Both the position numbers and the translations under genes were made by a program. The notes under the pieces are model-generated. The model had not been told where the DNA came from. It worked only from the letters and a program-made list of their open reading frames with translations, and did not search any database. Of a DNA stretch of 44,307 nucleotides, positions 1 to 8,216 are shown piece after piece (position 1 is the stretch's first letter; every line of letters starts with the position of its first letter). Location of the stretch: the NCBI GenBank assembly GCA_013152575.1, contig JAADGB010000119.1, positions 1 to 44,307 of the forward strand, in the 5' to 3' direction. This DNA comes from Thermoproteota archaeon (GTDB lineage Archaea > Thermoproteota > Thermoprotei_A > Sulfolobales > Acidilobaceae).

Positions 1-563
1 TGGGGGAATCTGTCAATGAAGTCTGATGCGGGTATGAGCTTTACTCTCTCCAGGGTCTTGGCTATTAATTCTAGCCTCTCTTCTTTGGATTCTCCTATTC
101 CATGTACTAGCAGGGGTTCTTCTAGTATGTCTTTGACCCTGAACCTTGGGTTGAGGCTACCATAGGGGTCTTGGTAGATCATCTGTATGTCTCTCCTGAT
201 CGGCTTATACTTCTTCTCTGGAAGGGATAGGATCTCTACCCATCCCCCATCTGTCTCTGTTACTCCTAGCTTGTGGAGTTTCTCGAGAGTCTCCTCCCTA
301 GGCTTGAAATGGGCTGTTCCCTTAGTTATTGGGACGAGCTTCATGAGGGCTTTGCCTGTGGTCGTCTTTCCACAACCGCTCTCTCCAACAAGGCAGAATA
401 TCTCCCTCTCCCTTAGGTTGAAGGAGACGCCGTCTACTGCTCTCACGAAGAGCTTAGCCTTACCAGTGATTACGTCGAGGATGCCCCTCCTAACGGGGAA
501 CCATACGTGGAGGTCGTTTACCCTGAGAATCTCCTCTCCAAGCTCAATCCTATAGTAGCTCAT
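1..563 (-). CDS. ABC transporter ATP-binding protein, OppF/DppF-like (N-terminal part only; the gene runs off the left edge)
   Basis: This ORF is absent from the ORF track because it has no stop in the window. My reverse-strand translation from ATG 563-561 reads MSYYRIELGEEILRVNDLHVWFPVRRG...FCLVGESGCGKTTTGKALMKLV...IQMIYQDPYGSLNPRF. It has a Walker A motif (GESGCGKT) and the QDPYGSLNPR motif typical of Opp/Dpp F-type ATPases. It starts 7 nt after the upstream ATPase stop. The listed + ORF 187..555 is its antisense shadow. Confidence 0.9.
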   Translation of the reverse strand, partial: MSYYRIELGEEILRVNDLHVWFPVRRGILDVITGKAKLFVRAVDGVSFNLREREIFCLVGESGCGKTTTGKALMKLVPITKGTAHFKPREETLEKLHKLGVTETDGGWVEILSLPEKKYKPIRRDIQMIYQDPYGSLNPRFRVKDILEEPLLVHGIGESKEERLELIAKTLERVKLIPASDFIDRFP

Positions 564-569
564 ACCCCT

Positions 570-1535
570 TCACCTCTTAACATGCAACCAGCACGCGACC
601 CAGTGGTTCTTCTCGACCTCCTGTAATGGTGGGTCCTCCTTGTCGCATGGCTCGAACCTCTTCGGACATCTTGGGTGGAATCTGCAGCCCTGCGGTGGCT
701 TCCTGAGGTCTGGTGGGGTCCCTGGGATGTATTCGAGCTTGTGTATGTCTCCCTTCAGCCTTGGCACGGCCCTTATTAGGGCTTGAGTGTAGGGGTGTAG
801 GGGTTTCTCGAATATCTCCTCTGCACTACCGAACTCGACGATCTTACCCGCGTACATTACCGCTATCTTCTCTGAGAGCTCCGTCACGACGCCTAGGTCG
901 TGGGTGATGAGGATGATGCTTATGTTCTTCTCCCTGTGGAGCCTCTTCATCAGGTTGAGGATCTGGGCCTGGACTACCACGTCGAGGGCAGTTGTCGGCT
1001 CGTCTGCTATAATGATGTCTGGCTCCATGGCTATGGCCATTGCTATGACGATCCTCTGCTTCTGTCCTCCCGAGAGCTCGTGGGGGTAACGCTCGAGTAT
1101 CTCCGGTGGGAGTCCTACCGCCTCGACGAGTTGCTCGGCTTTGCTTAGGGCCTGTTCCCTCTCCATACCCATATGGTACATGAGTGGCTCGATTATCTGA
1201 TCTCCCACCTTATAGACGGGGTTTAGGGCGTTCATAGCTCCTTGGAATATCATGCTTATCTTACGCCATCTAATCTTCCTCCTAACCTCTGCCTCACTCA
1301 TCTTCGTTATATCGATGCCATCTATCTTTATCGTGCCACTCACTATCCTGCCCGGGGGAGGTACGAGCTTCATCAGACTCCATGCTAGAGTGCTCTTTCC
1401 ACAACCGCTCTCTCCAACAATTCCCAGGGTCTCTCCACGGTTCAGCCGGAGTGATACCCCGTCAACAGCTCTTACTACTCCTCTTAGCGTGAAGAAGTAT
1501 GTTCGTAGATTGTCGACTTCTAGCACGGTTGACAT
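570..1535 (-). CDS. ABC transporter ATP-binding protein, OppD/DppD-like
   Basis: Corresponds to ORF track 570..1547. It has Walker A GESGCGKST, signature LSGGQKQR, Walker B IIIADEPTTALD, and an oligopeptide-type C-terminal extension with CRFHPRCP. I prefer ATG 1535 (MSTVLEVDNL...), which is preceded by GGTGAGG, over GTG 1547. Confidence 0.93.
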   Translation of the reverse strand: MSTVLEVDNLRTYFFTLRGVVRAVDGVSLRLNRGETLGIVGESGCGKSTLAWSLMKLVPPPGRIVSGTIKIDGIDITKMSEAEVRRKIRWRKISMIFQGAMNALNPVYKVGDQIIEPLMYHMGMEREQALSKAEQLVEAVGLPPEILERYPHELSGGQKQRIVIAMAIAMEPDIIIADEPTTALDVVVQAQILNLMKRLHREKNISIILITHDLGVVTELSEKIAVMYAGKIVEFGSAEEIFEKPLHPYTQALIRAVPRLKGDIHKLEYIPGTPPDLRKPPQGCRFHPRCPKRFEPCDKEDPPLQEVEKNHWVACWLHVKR

Positions 1536-1620
1536 CCTAACCCTCACCGAAGCGGTAATTCTACTTCAACATAGTCTGGTGTTTAGGGATAAATATGTGG
1601 GGGAAAGGAAGTATTATAAG

Positions 1621-1660
1621 GTAAATAAAAAGGTTAAGAAATAAATTTTTGGTTGGTTGT
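1621..1660 (-). terminator. Oligo-T tracts downstream of the binding-protein gene (candidate intra-operon terminator/attenuator)
   Basis: On the minus strand the sequence after the stop reads ...AAAAATTTATTTCTTAACCTTTTTATTTACC, with several T-runs of the kind used as archaeal terminators. A TTATAATA box follows before the next gene. Confidence 0.35.
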
Positions 1661-1667
1661 TTTAAGC

Positions 1668-4313
1668 TTACTTCCTAAGGTAGTAATAGGCGGCAGCTAG
1701 TATTATGATCACTATTATGATTGCCGCTATTGTTGTTCCACTTATACCGCCAGCGGCAGTTGTCGTTGTGGTCGTAGTCGGTGATGGAGCAGTTGTCGTG
1801 GTCGTTGGTGATGGGGCCTGAGTGGTGGTCGTAGTCGTTGTGGTCGTGGTTGTAGTCGTGGTGGTTGTTGTCGTAGTCGTGGTTGTGGTGGTCTGGGTGG
1901 TCGTGGTCTGTGGTGCTACTAGGTGGACTACCTGGCTGTCAAGGGCTGGGTTGGAGTAGCCCTTCGGGTAGATCATTAGGCTGAGCTGGTAGTAGCCTTC
2001 TGGCATGTCCTTTGGTAGTATGACCTGGAACTGTCCTGCTCCTGTTGAGGTTATGTTGAGGAACAGTGACTCGAAGGTGTCTAGGTTAATTAGTACTGCG
2101 AATGGTAGTATCTGGTTGGCCTGTGCTGGCTGGCCGTTTAGCTCGATGCTTAGTGTGGCGATTACACTACCAGCCTTGTTCGGGGTGACTGGTAGCACGG
2201 TTGTGGTTACTGATACTGTCTTCGGCGATAGCTCCTCGAGTATGACCTGTGGGTCTAGTGGGAACTCCATCCATCTCTTGAGGGTTACCTGGTCGTTTAC
2301 GCTGTCATAGCTGTCTAGGTAGTATGGTCCCTCACCGATTAGTAGGTGGCCGTGGGTGTTTGCGAAGGCTACTAGGTTGTCAACTCTCTGCTGCCACTCG
2401 CTTAGGGTTAGTAGGCCCATGTCGATTAGATCCTGTACCCAGGATGGCGGGTTGTCTCTGGCTGCTAGTGTTAGGTTGACCATCTTCTGTACCTGGGTTG
2501 GGTCGATTAGGTGGATTGCGTAGATGCCTTGGTCAGGGTTCTGGCTCCTGTAGTCCCATACGTAGCCCTGGCCGCTCTTGACTAGTAGGTCCATTGCAGC
2601 GTAGAGCTCTAGTGGAGTGCTTGCCCATAGGTCAGCGGCGCTTGCTACAACGCCTGGGTCAATGTGGTCGTAGTCAGTGTATACTGCTATCGCGGTTGCG
2701 TTGAGTATCTTTACTGCCTTGAAGGTTGCTAGGAAGGTTGCATAGTTCCTAGCTACTCTTGCCTCATACCATGGGTCCTGGGTGGTGTTGGTGCTGGTGT
2801 CCTTACCCCACTCGAATATGATTGCTATTGGTGCCAGCATGTCCGCGATTGTCATCTGGGTTCCGTCGTGGTACTTGACCTGTGGGAGTAGGTGGTAGTT
2901 GAGTATGACCTCGTTGGCTACAGTCTGTCCAGCGATTCCTGCTTCAGCAGCCGTCTGGAACCTGTGGGCTGAGGCGTTGTAGAGTATGGCGTCTGCTGGT
3001 ATGGTTGCGTTCTTCTCTACCTTGTAGGTGGTTGAGTTGCCTGGGCTCCAGCCAGGCTCACCGTCGGTTATCCTTGACATTACTCCGAATGGGAAGTATA
3101 CGGCGGCCCTAACCGCTACTGCGCTGTACATGTCTGAGAAGCCGCCTACTGGGTTCCATACCCATCCTTCCTTGTAGACGTACCTGTTGCTGAAGTATAC
3201 GGTGTCACCCTTTGAGTACTGGAGTGCTGCGTAGGTGAACTCGTTCCATGGGGTTGCCTTGGGGCTCTGGATGATACCGCTTAGGTCCTTGGATGCAATG
3301 AGTATGTCAGCGGTTGCTACTACGAATATTCTAATTGACTCCTGGAATCCGAGCCAGGTACCCTCGTTGACCATCTGCCAGAACTGTTCCTCGCTCGTGT
3401 AGTTTCCAGTGTCTAGCCACTCTGCTAGCTTGTCGATGGTCTGGTTCTGGTAGTCACCGCCCCAGGAGACGTCTGGGACGCCGCCCCACCAGCCGCTGTA
3501 GAACCATACGAAGTTACCGTAGTCGTACTTGGTCATGCCAGTGATTCCCCAGCCCTCGGTGTAGATCTGCCACTCACAGGCGCTGGGGTCTCCGAAGTAG
3601 ACTATCTGGATTGCACCTGAGAAGTCCTTGTATAGGTAGTCGACCGTTATTCCTACTTCCTCTAGCTTGTGGGCTACTAGCTCACCGATGTCCTTTCTCT
3701 CGTCCTCGACTCTTATGATGAACTTCACGGTTACAGGCTGCCCGTTGTAGTACCACTTTCCATCGTTGCCCTTGGTTGCTCCTAGCTCCTGTAGGGCCTC
3801 TTCTAGTAGCTGCTTACCGTACTGCTCGCCCTTGTTCTCGATTAGGAACTGGATCTTGAGGGCTGTACCTACTAGGTATGGGTAGTCTGGGTCGAATGGG
3901 GTCCATGGGATGTACTGTGGGATGCCATAGCCCTTGAGGATGTTGGCGACGATCTCGCTCCTTGGAACTAGGAACTGTAGGGCGAACCTGGCCTTCCTGT
4001 TGACGAAGATGTTCAGGCTACCGTCTGAACAGTGGTTGGGGTTGACTAGGAGGTTGTCCATACCGCTGTAGGGCGTGATTAGGTTGAAACCAGCCTCTTG
4101 TAGCCTCATGGCCGCGTCAGGATTGTCTACTGGGAAGAGTCTTGCCTGGGTGTCGCCCGTTATGAGGCTTCCTATGGCGTTGTTGTCCTCTTCGATCCTC
4201 TTTGTTATTATCGTCTGAACGTATTGAGCGCTGCTAACCAGCGAAGCTGCCAATGGGAGCACGAATAGTGCTATCATGAGTATTGCGATTAGCTTCTTCA
4301 AGACGCATCTCAC
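1668..4313 (-). CDS. ABC transporter substrate-binding protein, family 5 (peptide/oligosaccharide type), C-terminally membrane anchored
   Basis: 881 aa. It has an N-terminal signal/TM segment (LIAILMIALFVLPLAASL), a large binding-protein body, a 51-residue Thr-rich linker, and a C-terminal TM helix ending YYYLRK. It is embedded between permease and ATPase genes. An alternative TTG start at 4301 (MKKLIAIL...) lies 8 nt after GGTGA. Confidence 0.85.
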   Translation of the reverse strand: MRCVLKKLIAILMIALFVLPLAASLVSSAQYVQTIITKRIEEDNNAIGSLITGDTQARLFPVDNPDAAMRLQEAGFNLITPYSGMDNLLVNPNHCSDGSLNIFVNRKARFALQFLVPRSEIVANILKGYGIPQYIPWTPFDPDYPYLVGTALKIQFLIENKGEQYGKQLLEEALQELGATKGNDGKWYYNGQPVTVKFIIRVEDERKDIGELVAHKLEEVGITVDYLYKDFSGAIQIVYFGDPSACEWQIYTEGWGITGMTKYDYGNFVWFYSGWWGGVPDVSWGGDYQNQTIDKLAEWLDTGNYTSEEQFWQMVNEGTWLGFQESIRIFVVATADILIASKDLSGIIQSPKATPWNEFTYAALQYSKGDTVYFSNRYVYKEGWVWNPVGGFSDMYSAVAVRAAVYFPFGVMSRITDGEPGWSPGNSTTYKVEKNATIPADAILYNASAHRFQTAAEAGIAGQTVANEVILNYHLLPQVKYHDGTQMTIADMLAPIAIIFEWGKDTSTNTTQDPWYEARVARNYATFLATFKAVKILNATAIAVYTDYDHIDPGVVASAADLWASTPLELYAAMDLLVKSGQGYVWDYRSQNPDQGIYAIHLIDPTQVQKMVNLTLAARDNPPSWVQDLIDMGLLTLSEWQQRVDNLVAFANTHGHLLIGEGPYYLDSYDSVNDQVTLKRWMEFPLDPQVILEELSPKTVSVTTTVLPVTPNKAGSVIATLSIELNGQPAQANQILPFAVLINLDTFESLFLNITSTGAGQFQVILPKDMPEGYYQLSLMIYPKGYSNPALDSQVVHLVAPQTTTTQTTTTTTTTTTTTTTTTTTTTTTTTQAPSPTTTTTAPSPTTTTTTTAAGGISGTTIAAIIIVIIILAAAYYYLRK
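1758..1910 (-). repeat. Low-complexity coding repeat (ACN)n that encodes the Thr-rich stalk of the binding protein
   Basis: On the plus strand this appears as runs of ggt/cgt/tgt triplets. It translates as QTTTTQT(n)QAPSPTTTTTAPSPTTTTTTT. It is in frame with the CDS and is not an independent element. Confidence 0.9.
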
Positions 4314-4412
4314 CCTTTATTACGGGTCATAGTAACATTATCGTGGGAAGACCTTTATAAATTATTTGGGAATAGAACCAATCAATAAAAGAAATATGTT
4401 ATAATTTATTGC

Positions 4413-6029
4413 TTATCTCTGTAGTTTCGGCGCCACTATAGGCTCGATAGCCCTACCTATCAGGAGGAACGTTGCAGAGAATATTACAAGGGCTAATCCC
4501 GGGAAGATGTACATCCACCACCATCCTGTCGTCACTGCCTTCACGTTGTATGCCAGCTGTAGCATCTTACCCCATGTCGGCGCGGCAGGGTCACCGAATC
4601 CTAGTAGGGCCAGGCTAGCCTCAGCCACGATGATTCCTGGTATAGCTAGTACTGCGATGGCCATGGTGTACGGGTATATCTGTGGGAAGATGTGCTTGAA
4701 GACTATCTTCCTCGTTGGGACTCCAACCGCCTTCGCAGCCTCAATGTACAGCTGCTCTGATATCTGCAGGGCCATGCTCCTAACGACTATGACGGGTCCA
4801 GCCCATGACAATGCTATCATTATTATCGCCAGGGATTTCAGCGTGATTGTACCGAATGCGTATGAGATCGCTATTAGGATAGGGAGGAATGGTAGCGAGA
4901 GCATCACGTCGGCGATCCTCATCAGGATCTCCCCCTTGATGTCCTTCCAGTAGCCTGCTAGTGTACCGTAGATTGCTCCGATGAATGTTGATATGAATGT
5001 TACCGTGAATCCTAGGAGGAATGCATATGGTAGCCCGAGTAGCAGGCCTAGGCCTATGGGCCTAGAGTAGACGTCTGTCCCGAAGAACCCGTAGCAGTTG
5101 CCCATGAGCTTTAACTCATAGTGCTCTATACCTATACTGTCCTGGAGCTTGTCGGCGAAGTCGGATAAGACTATCGCGTACATTGCCACGTGTACCTTGT
5201 AGGTTCCCGGTAATCCTACCATTGTCCCGTTCTCGCTGGTAGCGAATATAACTCTTGGATCGAACCTCGTCTCGTTCCTTACCGGTAGTCCTAGATCACT
5301 GTATAGGGTCTTGAGGGTGTCATCCATTGTTGTACCGATCCATCTAGAGTTCTTGTAGTTATAGAGGGTCTCCGGGAGAGCCTGGTAGGTTACGTTTCCA
5401 TCAACAACCTGTTTTGTAACTGAACCATAGATCGGGATTATGTTGGTGATGTTCTGCTGTCCCTGACTGTATAACTGTCCTGCATAGAATATCTTGGCTA
5501 TTAGCCCGTCAGGCCTCTCAATGTACATCCAGCCCGAGCTTACAATTACCGTACCGTTGGCTTGGAGGTCCGAGGGGACCCTGAGTGTTAGTAGGAGTCT
5601 CACATCGCTCGGCAACGCCTGGCTCGTCAGGTTTATGGTTCCATCATAGCTCACGTAGGCGATCTTATACATGCCCATCTGGAGTATCGGTGTGAATTGA
5701 GTGTTCAAGAGATCGTAGACGTCCGGCGCCACTATCTTCAAGTCTTCGGGAATCGTATCCATTACCTGGTAGTTCTCCTTGAGCGACTCTAGGGTCAACG
5801 TCTCGGTGGGGAATTTATCGCTTACAACCCAGCATGGTGGAACTGTTGATGGATACCTGAAGGGGTAGTAGGATTGCTTGCCCTGCTCGTAGAGCTTCAT
5901 GCCATCTGGGTAGTAGGCTGCGACCGCGTAGAGTGCCAGTATAACCTGGATGAGGAGGAGGGCAATACCGATCTTACCGCTCCAGGTCCTGAGGACGATC
6001 CTCATATTCGACTTGAAATTGTCAAACAC
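4413..6029 (-). CDS. ABC transporter permease, OppC/DppC-like, with a large extracytoplasmic insert
   Basis: 538 aa. An N-terminal TM helix is followed by a roughly 300 aa soluble insert and then a permease core with an EAA-type loop (YIEAAKAVGVPTRKIVFKHIFPQIYPY). The GTG start at 6029 lies 5 nt after GGAGGTGA. Confidence 0.88.
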   Translation of the reverse strand: MFDNFKSNMRIVLRTWSGKIGIALLLIQVILALYAVAAYYPDGMKLYEQGKQSYYPFRYPSTVPPCWVVSDKFPTETLTLESLKENYQVMDTIPEDLKIVAPDVYDLLNTQFTPILQMGMYKIAYVSYDGTINLTSQALPSDVRLLLTLRVPSDLQANGTVIVSSGWMYIERPDGLIAKIFYAGQLYSQGQQNITNIIPIYGSVTKQVVDGNVTYQALPETLYNYKNSRWIGTTMDDTLKTLYSDLGLPVRNETRFDPRVIFATSENGTMVGLPGTYKVHVAMYAIVLSDFADKLQDSIGIEHYELKLMGNCYGFFGTDVYSRPIGLGLLLGLPYAFLLGFTVTFISTFIGAIYGTLAGYWKDIKGEILMRIADVMLSLPFLPILIAISYAFGTITLKSLAIIMIALSWAGPVIVVRSMALQISEQLYIEAAKAVGVPTRKIVFKHIFPQIYPYTMAIAVLAIPGIIVAEASLALLGFGDPAAPTWGKMLQLAYNVKAVTTGWWWMYIFPGLALVIFSATFLLIGRAIEPIVAPKLQR

Positions 6030-6044
6030 CCATGGTCACCTCCA

Positions 6045-7175
6045 TTATGCCCTCTTAATCCTCGGGTCGAGCAGCGTGTAGAGTATGTCTAGTATCAGCC
6101 TAGTCACCAGGTATAGCAGTGTTGTAACGTAGGTCAGCACCGTTAGCACGGCGACGTCGTTAGCCGTAATAGCGTCCCAGTAGAGTTTACCGAGGCCTGG
6201 CCATTCGAAAATCAACTCGGTGATTATAGCTCCGGCGAACACGCTCAGGACTATAGCGAATAGTACAATGGTCACTATTGGTGGAGCCGCCGCCCTTAGA
6301 ACATGCTTCCGGAGCACGACCGTCTCGGGTAGGCCCTTGGCTCTAGCCACCATTACGAAGTCTTCGTTGAACACGTCTAGCAGGATGTTCCTCATACGGT
6401 AGGCCGTGTCTCCAACGCTCAATACTGTGACTGTTATGACTGGTAGTGCCGCTTTTGATAGGAGGTTGCCTATATCGTGTGGATCTATGTTCTCCGTCAC
6501 CTTCGGGAAGATATGGTATTTCTGCGTGAAGAAGTAGATGAATACCATCGCCAGCCACCACCATGGCATGCTGACGCTGAAGACGCTCCAGCTGACGATG
6601 GTATTGTCCAGTAGGCCGCCCGGCCTCCTAGCGGCGTAGAGGGCTAGGGGTATTGCTATGAGTAGGGTTAGGGCGGATGACGTGGTGAAGAGGAGGACGC
6701 TGAAGGGGACCCTCTCGAGTATGATGTGGTAGGCGTTCTTGTCTCCCTGCTTATACCAGAAGAAGCCCCTCGTCTCCAGCGTGGCGCTTGAGTTGACTGG
6801 TTGGAATGTGAGCATCATCTTAGTATATCTGCTCGCAACTACATACCATGGCTTGTCGAGGCCACGATTATGTATCTCCTCCATAGTTAACTTATCTATC
6901 CACCAACGCAATGCTTCCTGCTCTAGCGTCTCGTTGTTGATTGGTAGGTTGTTCTCCTTGAGGTACTTGACGTACTGGTTAATTATATACTCCTTATACT
7001 GCTGGCCCCCAGGTTGGCGTAGCTGTCCGACGACCAACTGCTGCATCTCCTGCCTTATAGCCTGCTTCTGCCTGTCCGTGAGGGGGCCAGCGAATATAGC
7101 GGCGACAATGAATGTGACTATCACTAGCACTATGAGGAAGTTAATCAGCTTCACTGCCAGCCAGCGCACATCCAA
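6045..7175 (-). CDS. ABC transporter permease, OppB/DppB-like
   Basis: 376 aa and multi-TM. It has an EAA loop (FVMVARAKGLPETVVLRKHVLRAAAPPIVT) and the C-terminal LDPRIK typical of the B-type permease. TTG at 7175 or GTG at 7169 are both possible starts. Confidence 0.88.
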   Translation of the reverse strand: MDVRWLAVKLINFLIVLVIVTFIVAAIFAGPLTDRQKQAIRQEMQQLVVGQLRQPGGQQYKEYIINQYVKYLKENNLPINNETLEQEALRWWIDKLTMEEIHNRGLDKPWYVVASRYTKMMLTFQPVNSSATLETRGFFWYKQGDKNAYHIILERVPFSVLLFTTSSALTLLIAIPLALYAARRPGGLLDNTIVSWSVFSVSMPWWWLAMVFIYFFTQKYHIFPKVTENIDPHDIGNLLSKAALPVITVTVLSVGDTAYRMRNILLDVFNEDFVMVARAKGLPETVVLRKHVLRAAAPPIVTIVLFAIVLSVFAGAIITELIFEWPGLGKLYWDAITANDVAVLTVLTYVTTLLYLVTRLILDILYTLLDPRIKRA

Positions 7176-7200
7176 TCACCAATCCATATATTGGTCACCA

Positions 7201-7218
7201 GGCCAGCAGCTGCTGGCC
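7201..7218. promoter_or_regulatory. Perfect 18-bp palindrome GGCCAGCAGCTGCTGGCC just upstream of the ABC operon promoter (candidate operator)
   Basis: The palindrome is exact. It lies about 10 bp beyond the palindromic TATA-like CCAATATATGG (7184-7194) that precedes the first permease gene, and it sits in the divergent gap to ORF 7304. Confidence 0.35.
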
Positions 7219-7303
7219 TAAACCATACACTCCCCTTAAACCCTCCCCTCACTGACTCTAAAATTATTAGCCCTAGAACAACAGGGGGAACTGGGTATAG
7301 GTT

Positions 7304-7906
7304 TTGGCTAGGGTCAAGATATACCTGCCATACTACATGGTTGAACCCGTCAACGATGACGTCCCAGGCAGGAGATTCTACGGGGAAGCACACCTAAGCC
7401 TGAAAACCGCATGGTACAGGATGCTAGTCCTAGCAACCCCGAAACAACTCCCCTTCGAGAAGGTCCCCGTAGGGGGAGTAAAGCTCGACCCACTAGTGGG
7501 TCCCCGTGAGTATGGTTTAAGGATTGAAGAGGCGTTAAACCGAGCCCAGGAAATATACGCTAGCAAGCCAGCCTTCAAGATAGGCGGGCTACGAGGCCTC
7601 CTACGCATGATGTATGACGGGCTCCGTGGGAGGAAGGCGAAAGCCGGGCCCGAGCTGGAGGCGAGACTCATACTCCACTATACTGTGGAGGTCCTGGGAT
7701 TCGAACCCGGGTCAAAGCTGCGAGTATATCCTGAAACGCTCTGGCTCCCGGTAGAGATAGGCTACTCCGGGAGGACTATTACGAACGCCTACATTGTATC
7801 TGGCGGTAGGAGGGAGGAGTTCCCCCTACTAGTAAAGTTCGCGAGACTAGACCCCAATGTTAGGAACGCCTTGTTAAATGCAGTCAACGGCTGGAAACCT
7901 TTATAG
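7304..7906 (+). CDS. Hypothetical protein (basic, 200 aa)
   Basis: Long ORF with a TTG start and no motif I recognise. Its codon style matches the neighbouring genes, and no competing ORF on the opposite strand has a recognisable motif (the 97-aa minus ORF 7378..7671 looks like an antisense shadow). Confidence 0.5.
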   Translation: MARVKIYLPYYMVEPVNDDVPGRRFYGEAHLSLKTAWYRMLVLATPKQLPFEKVPVGGVKLDPLVGPREYGLRIEEALNRAQEIYASKPAFKIGGLRGLLRMMYDGLRGRKAKAGPELEARLILHYTVEVLGFEPGSKLRVYPETLWLPVEIGYSGRTITNAYIVSGGRREEFPLLVKFARLDPNVRNALLNAVNGWKPL

Positions 7907-7930
7907 TACTAGATTTATCAGTATTATGTA

Positions 7931-8194
7931 GTGGCCGAGGTGTATCCAATGGCTCTCGCAATCGTTATGATAAACGTCGAGGTAGGTAAGGAGAACGAGA
8001 TATTCGAGAAGCTCTTCGAGCTACCCGAGGTAAAAGAGGTATACATGGTATACGGCGTACACGACGTAATAGCAGTAATAGAGGCCGACACAATGGACTC
8101 CCTAAGGACACTGATCACAGAGAAGATAAGGAGGATGGATGGAGTAAAGAGCAGCATGACAAGCATAGTTGTAATGCACAAGAAGAAAGAGTAG
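7931..8194 (+). CDS. Stand-alone Lrp/AsnC-type ligand-binding (RAM) domain protein
   Basis: 87 aa. The pattern ALAIVMINVEVGKENEIFEKLFELPEVKEVYMVYGVHDVIAVIEADTMDSLRTLITEKIRRMDGV is the beta-alpha-beta-beta-alpha-beta RAM pattern (V..v..v.G.yD....v...d...l..f....i). There is no HTH part. Confidence 0.65.
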   Translation: MAEVYPMALAIVMINVEVGKENEIFEKLFELPEVKEVYMVYGVHDVIAVIEADTMDSLRTLITEKIRRMDGVKSSMTSIVVMHKKKE

Positions 8195-8216
8195 ACCTAG
8201 AGCCCCGGGACCCCAA

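Noticed and set aside
187-555. Plus-strand 122-aa ORF, and similar long ORFs opposite known genes (for example 1252..1644, 4507..4953, 16369..16785, 21578..22216, 30313..30690, 40608..41141).
   Set aside because: These are antisense shadows of well-supported genes. For example, the FPQPLSPT peptides in 187..555 and 1252..1644 are the reverse reading of the Walker A motif GESGCGK. They have no motifs of their own and fully overlap conserved CDSs.
1758-1910. Tandem-looking ggt/cgt/tgt DNA repeat that could be mistaken for a microsatellite or a repeat array.
   Set aside because: It is in frame and encodes the poly-Thr stalk of the binding protein. It has no spacer/repeat periodicity and is not a CRISPR.
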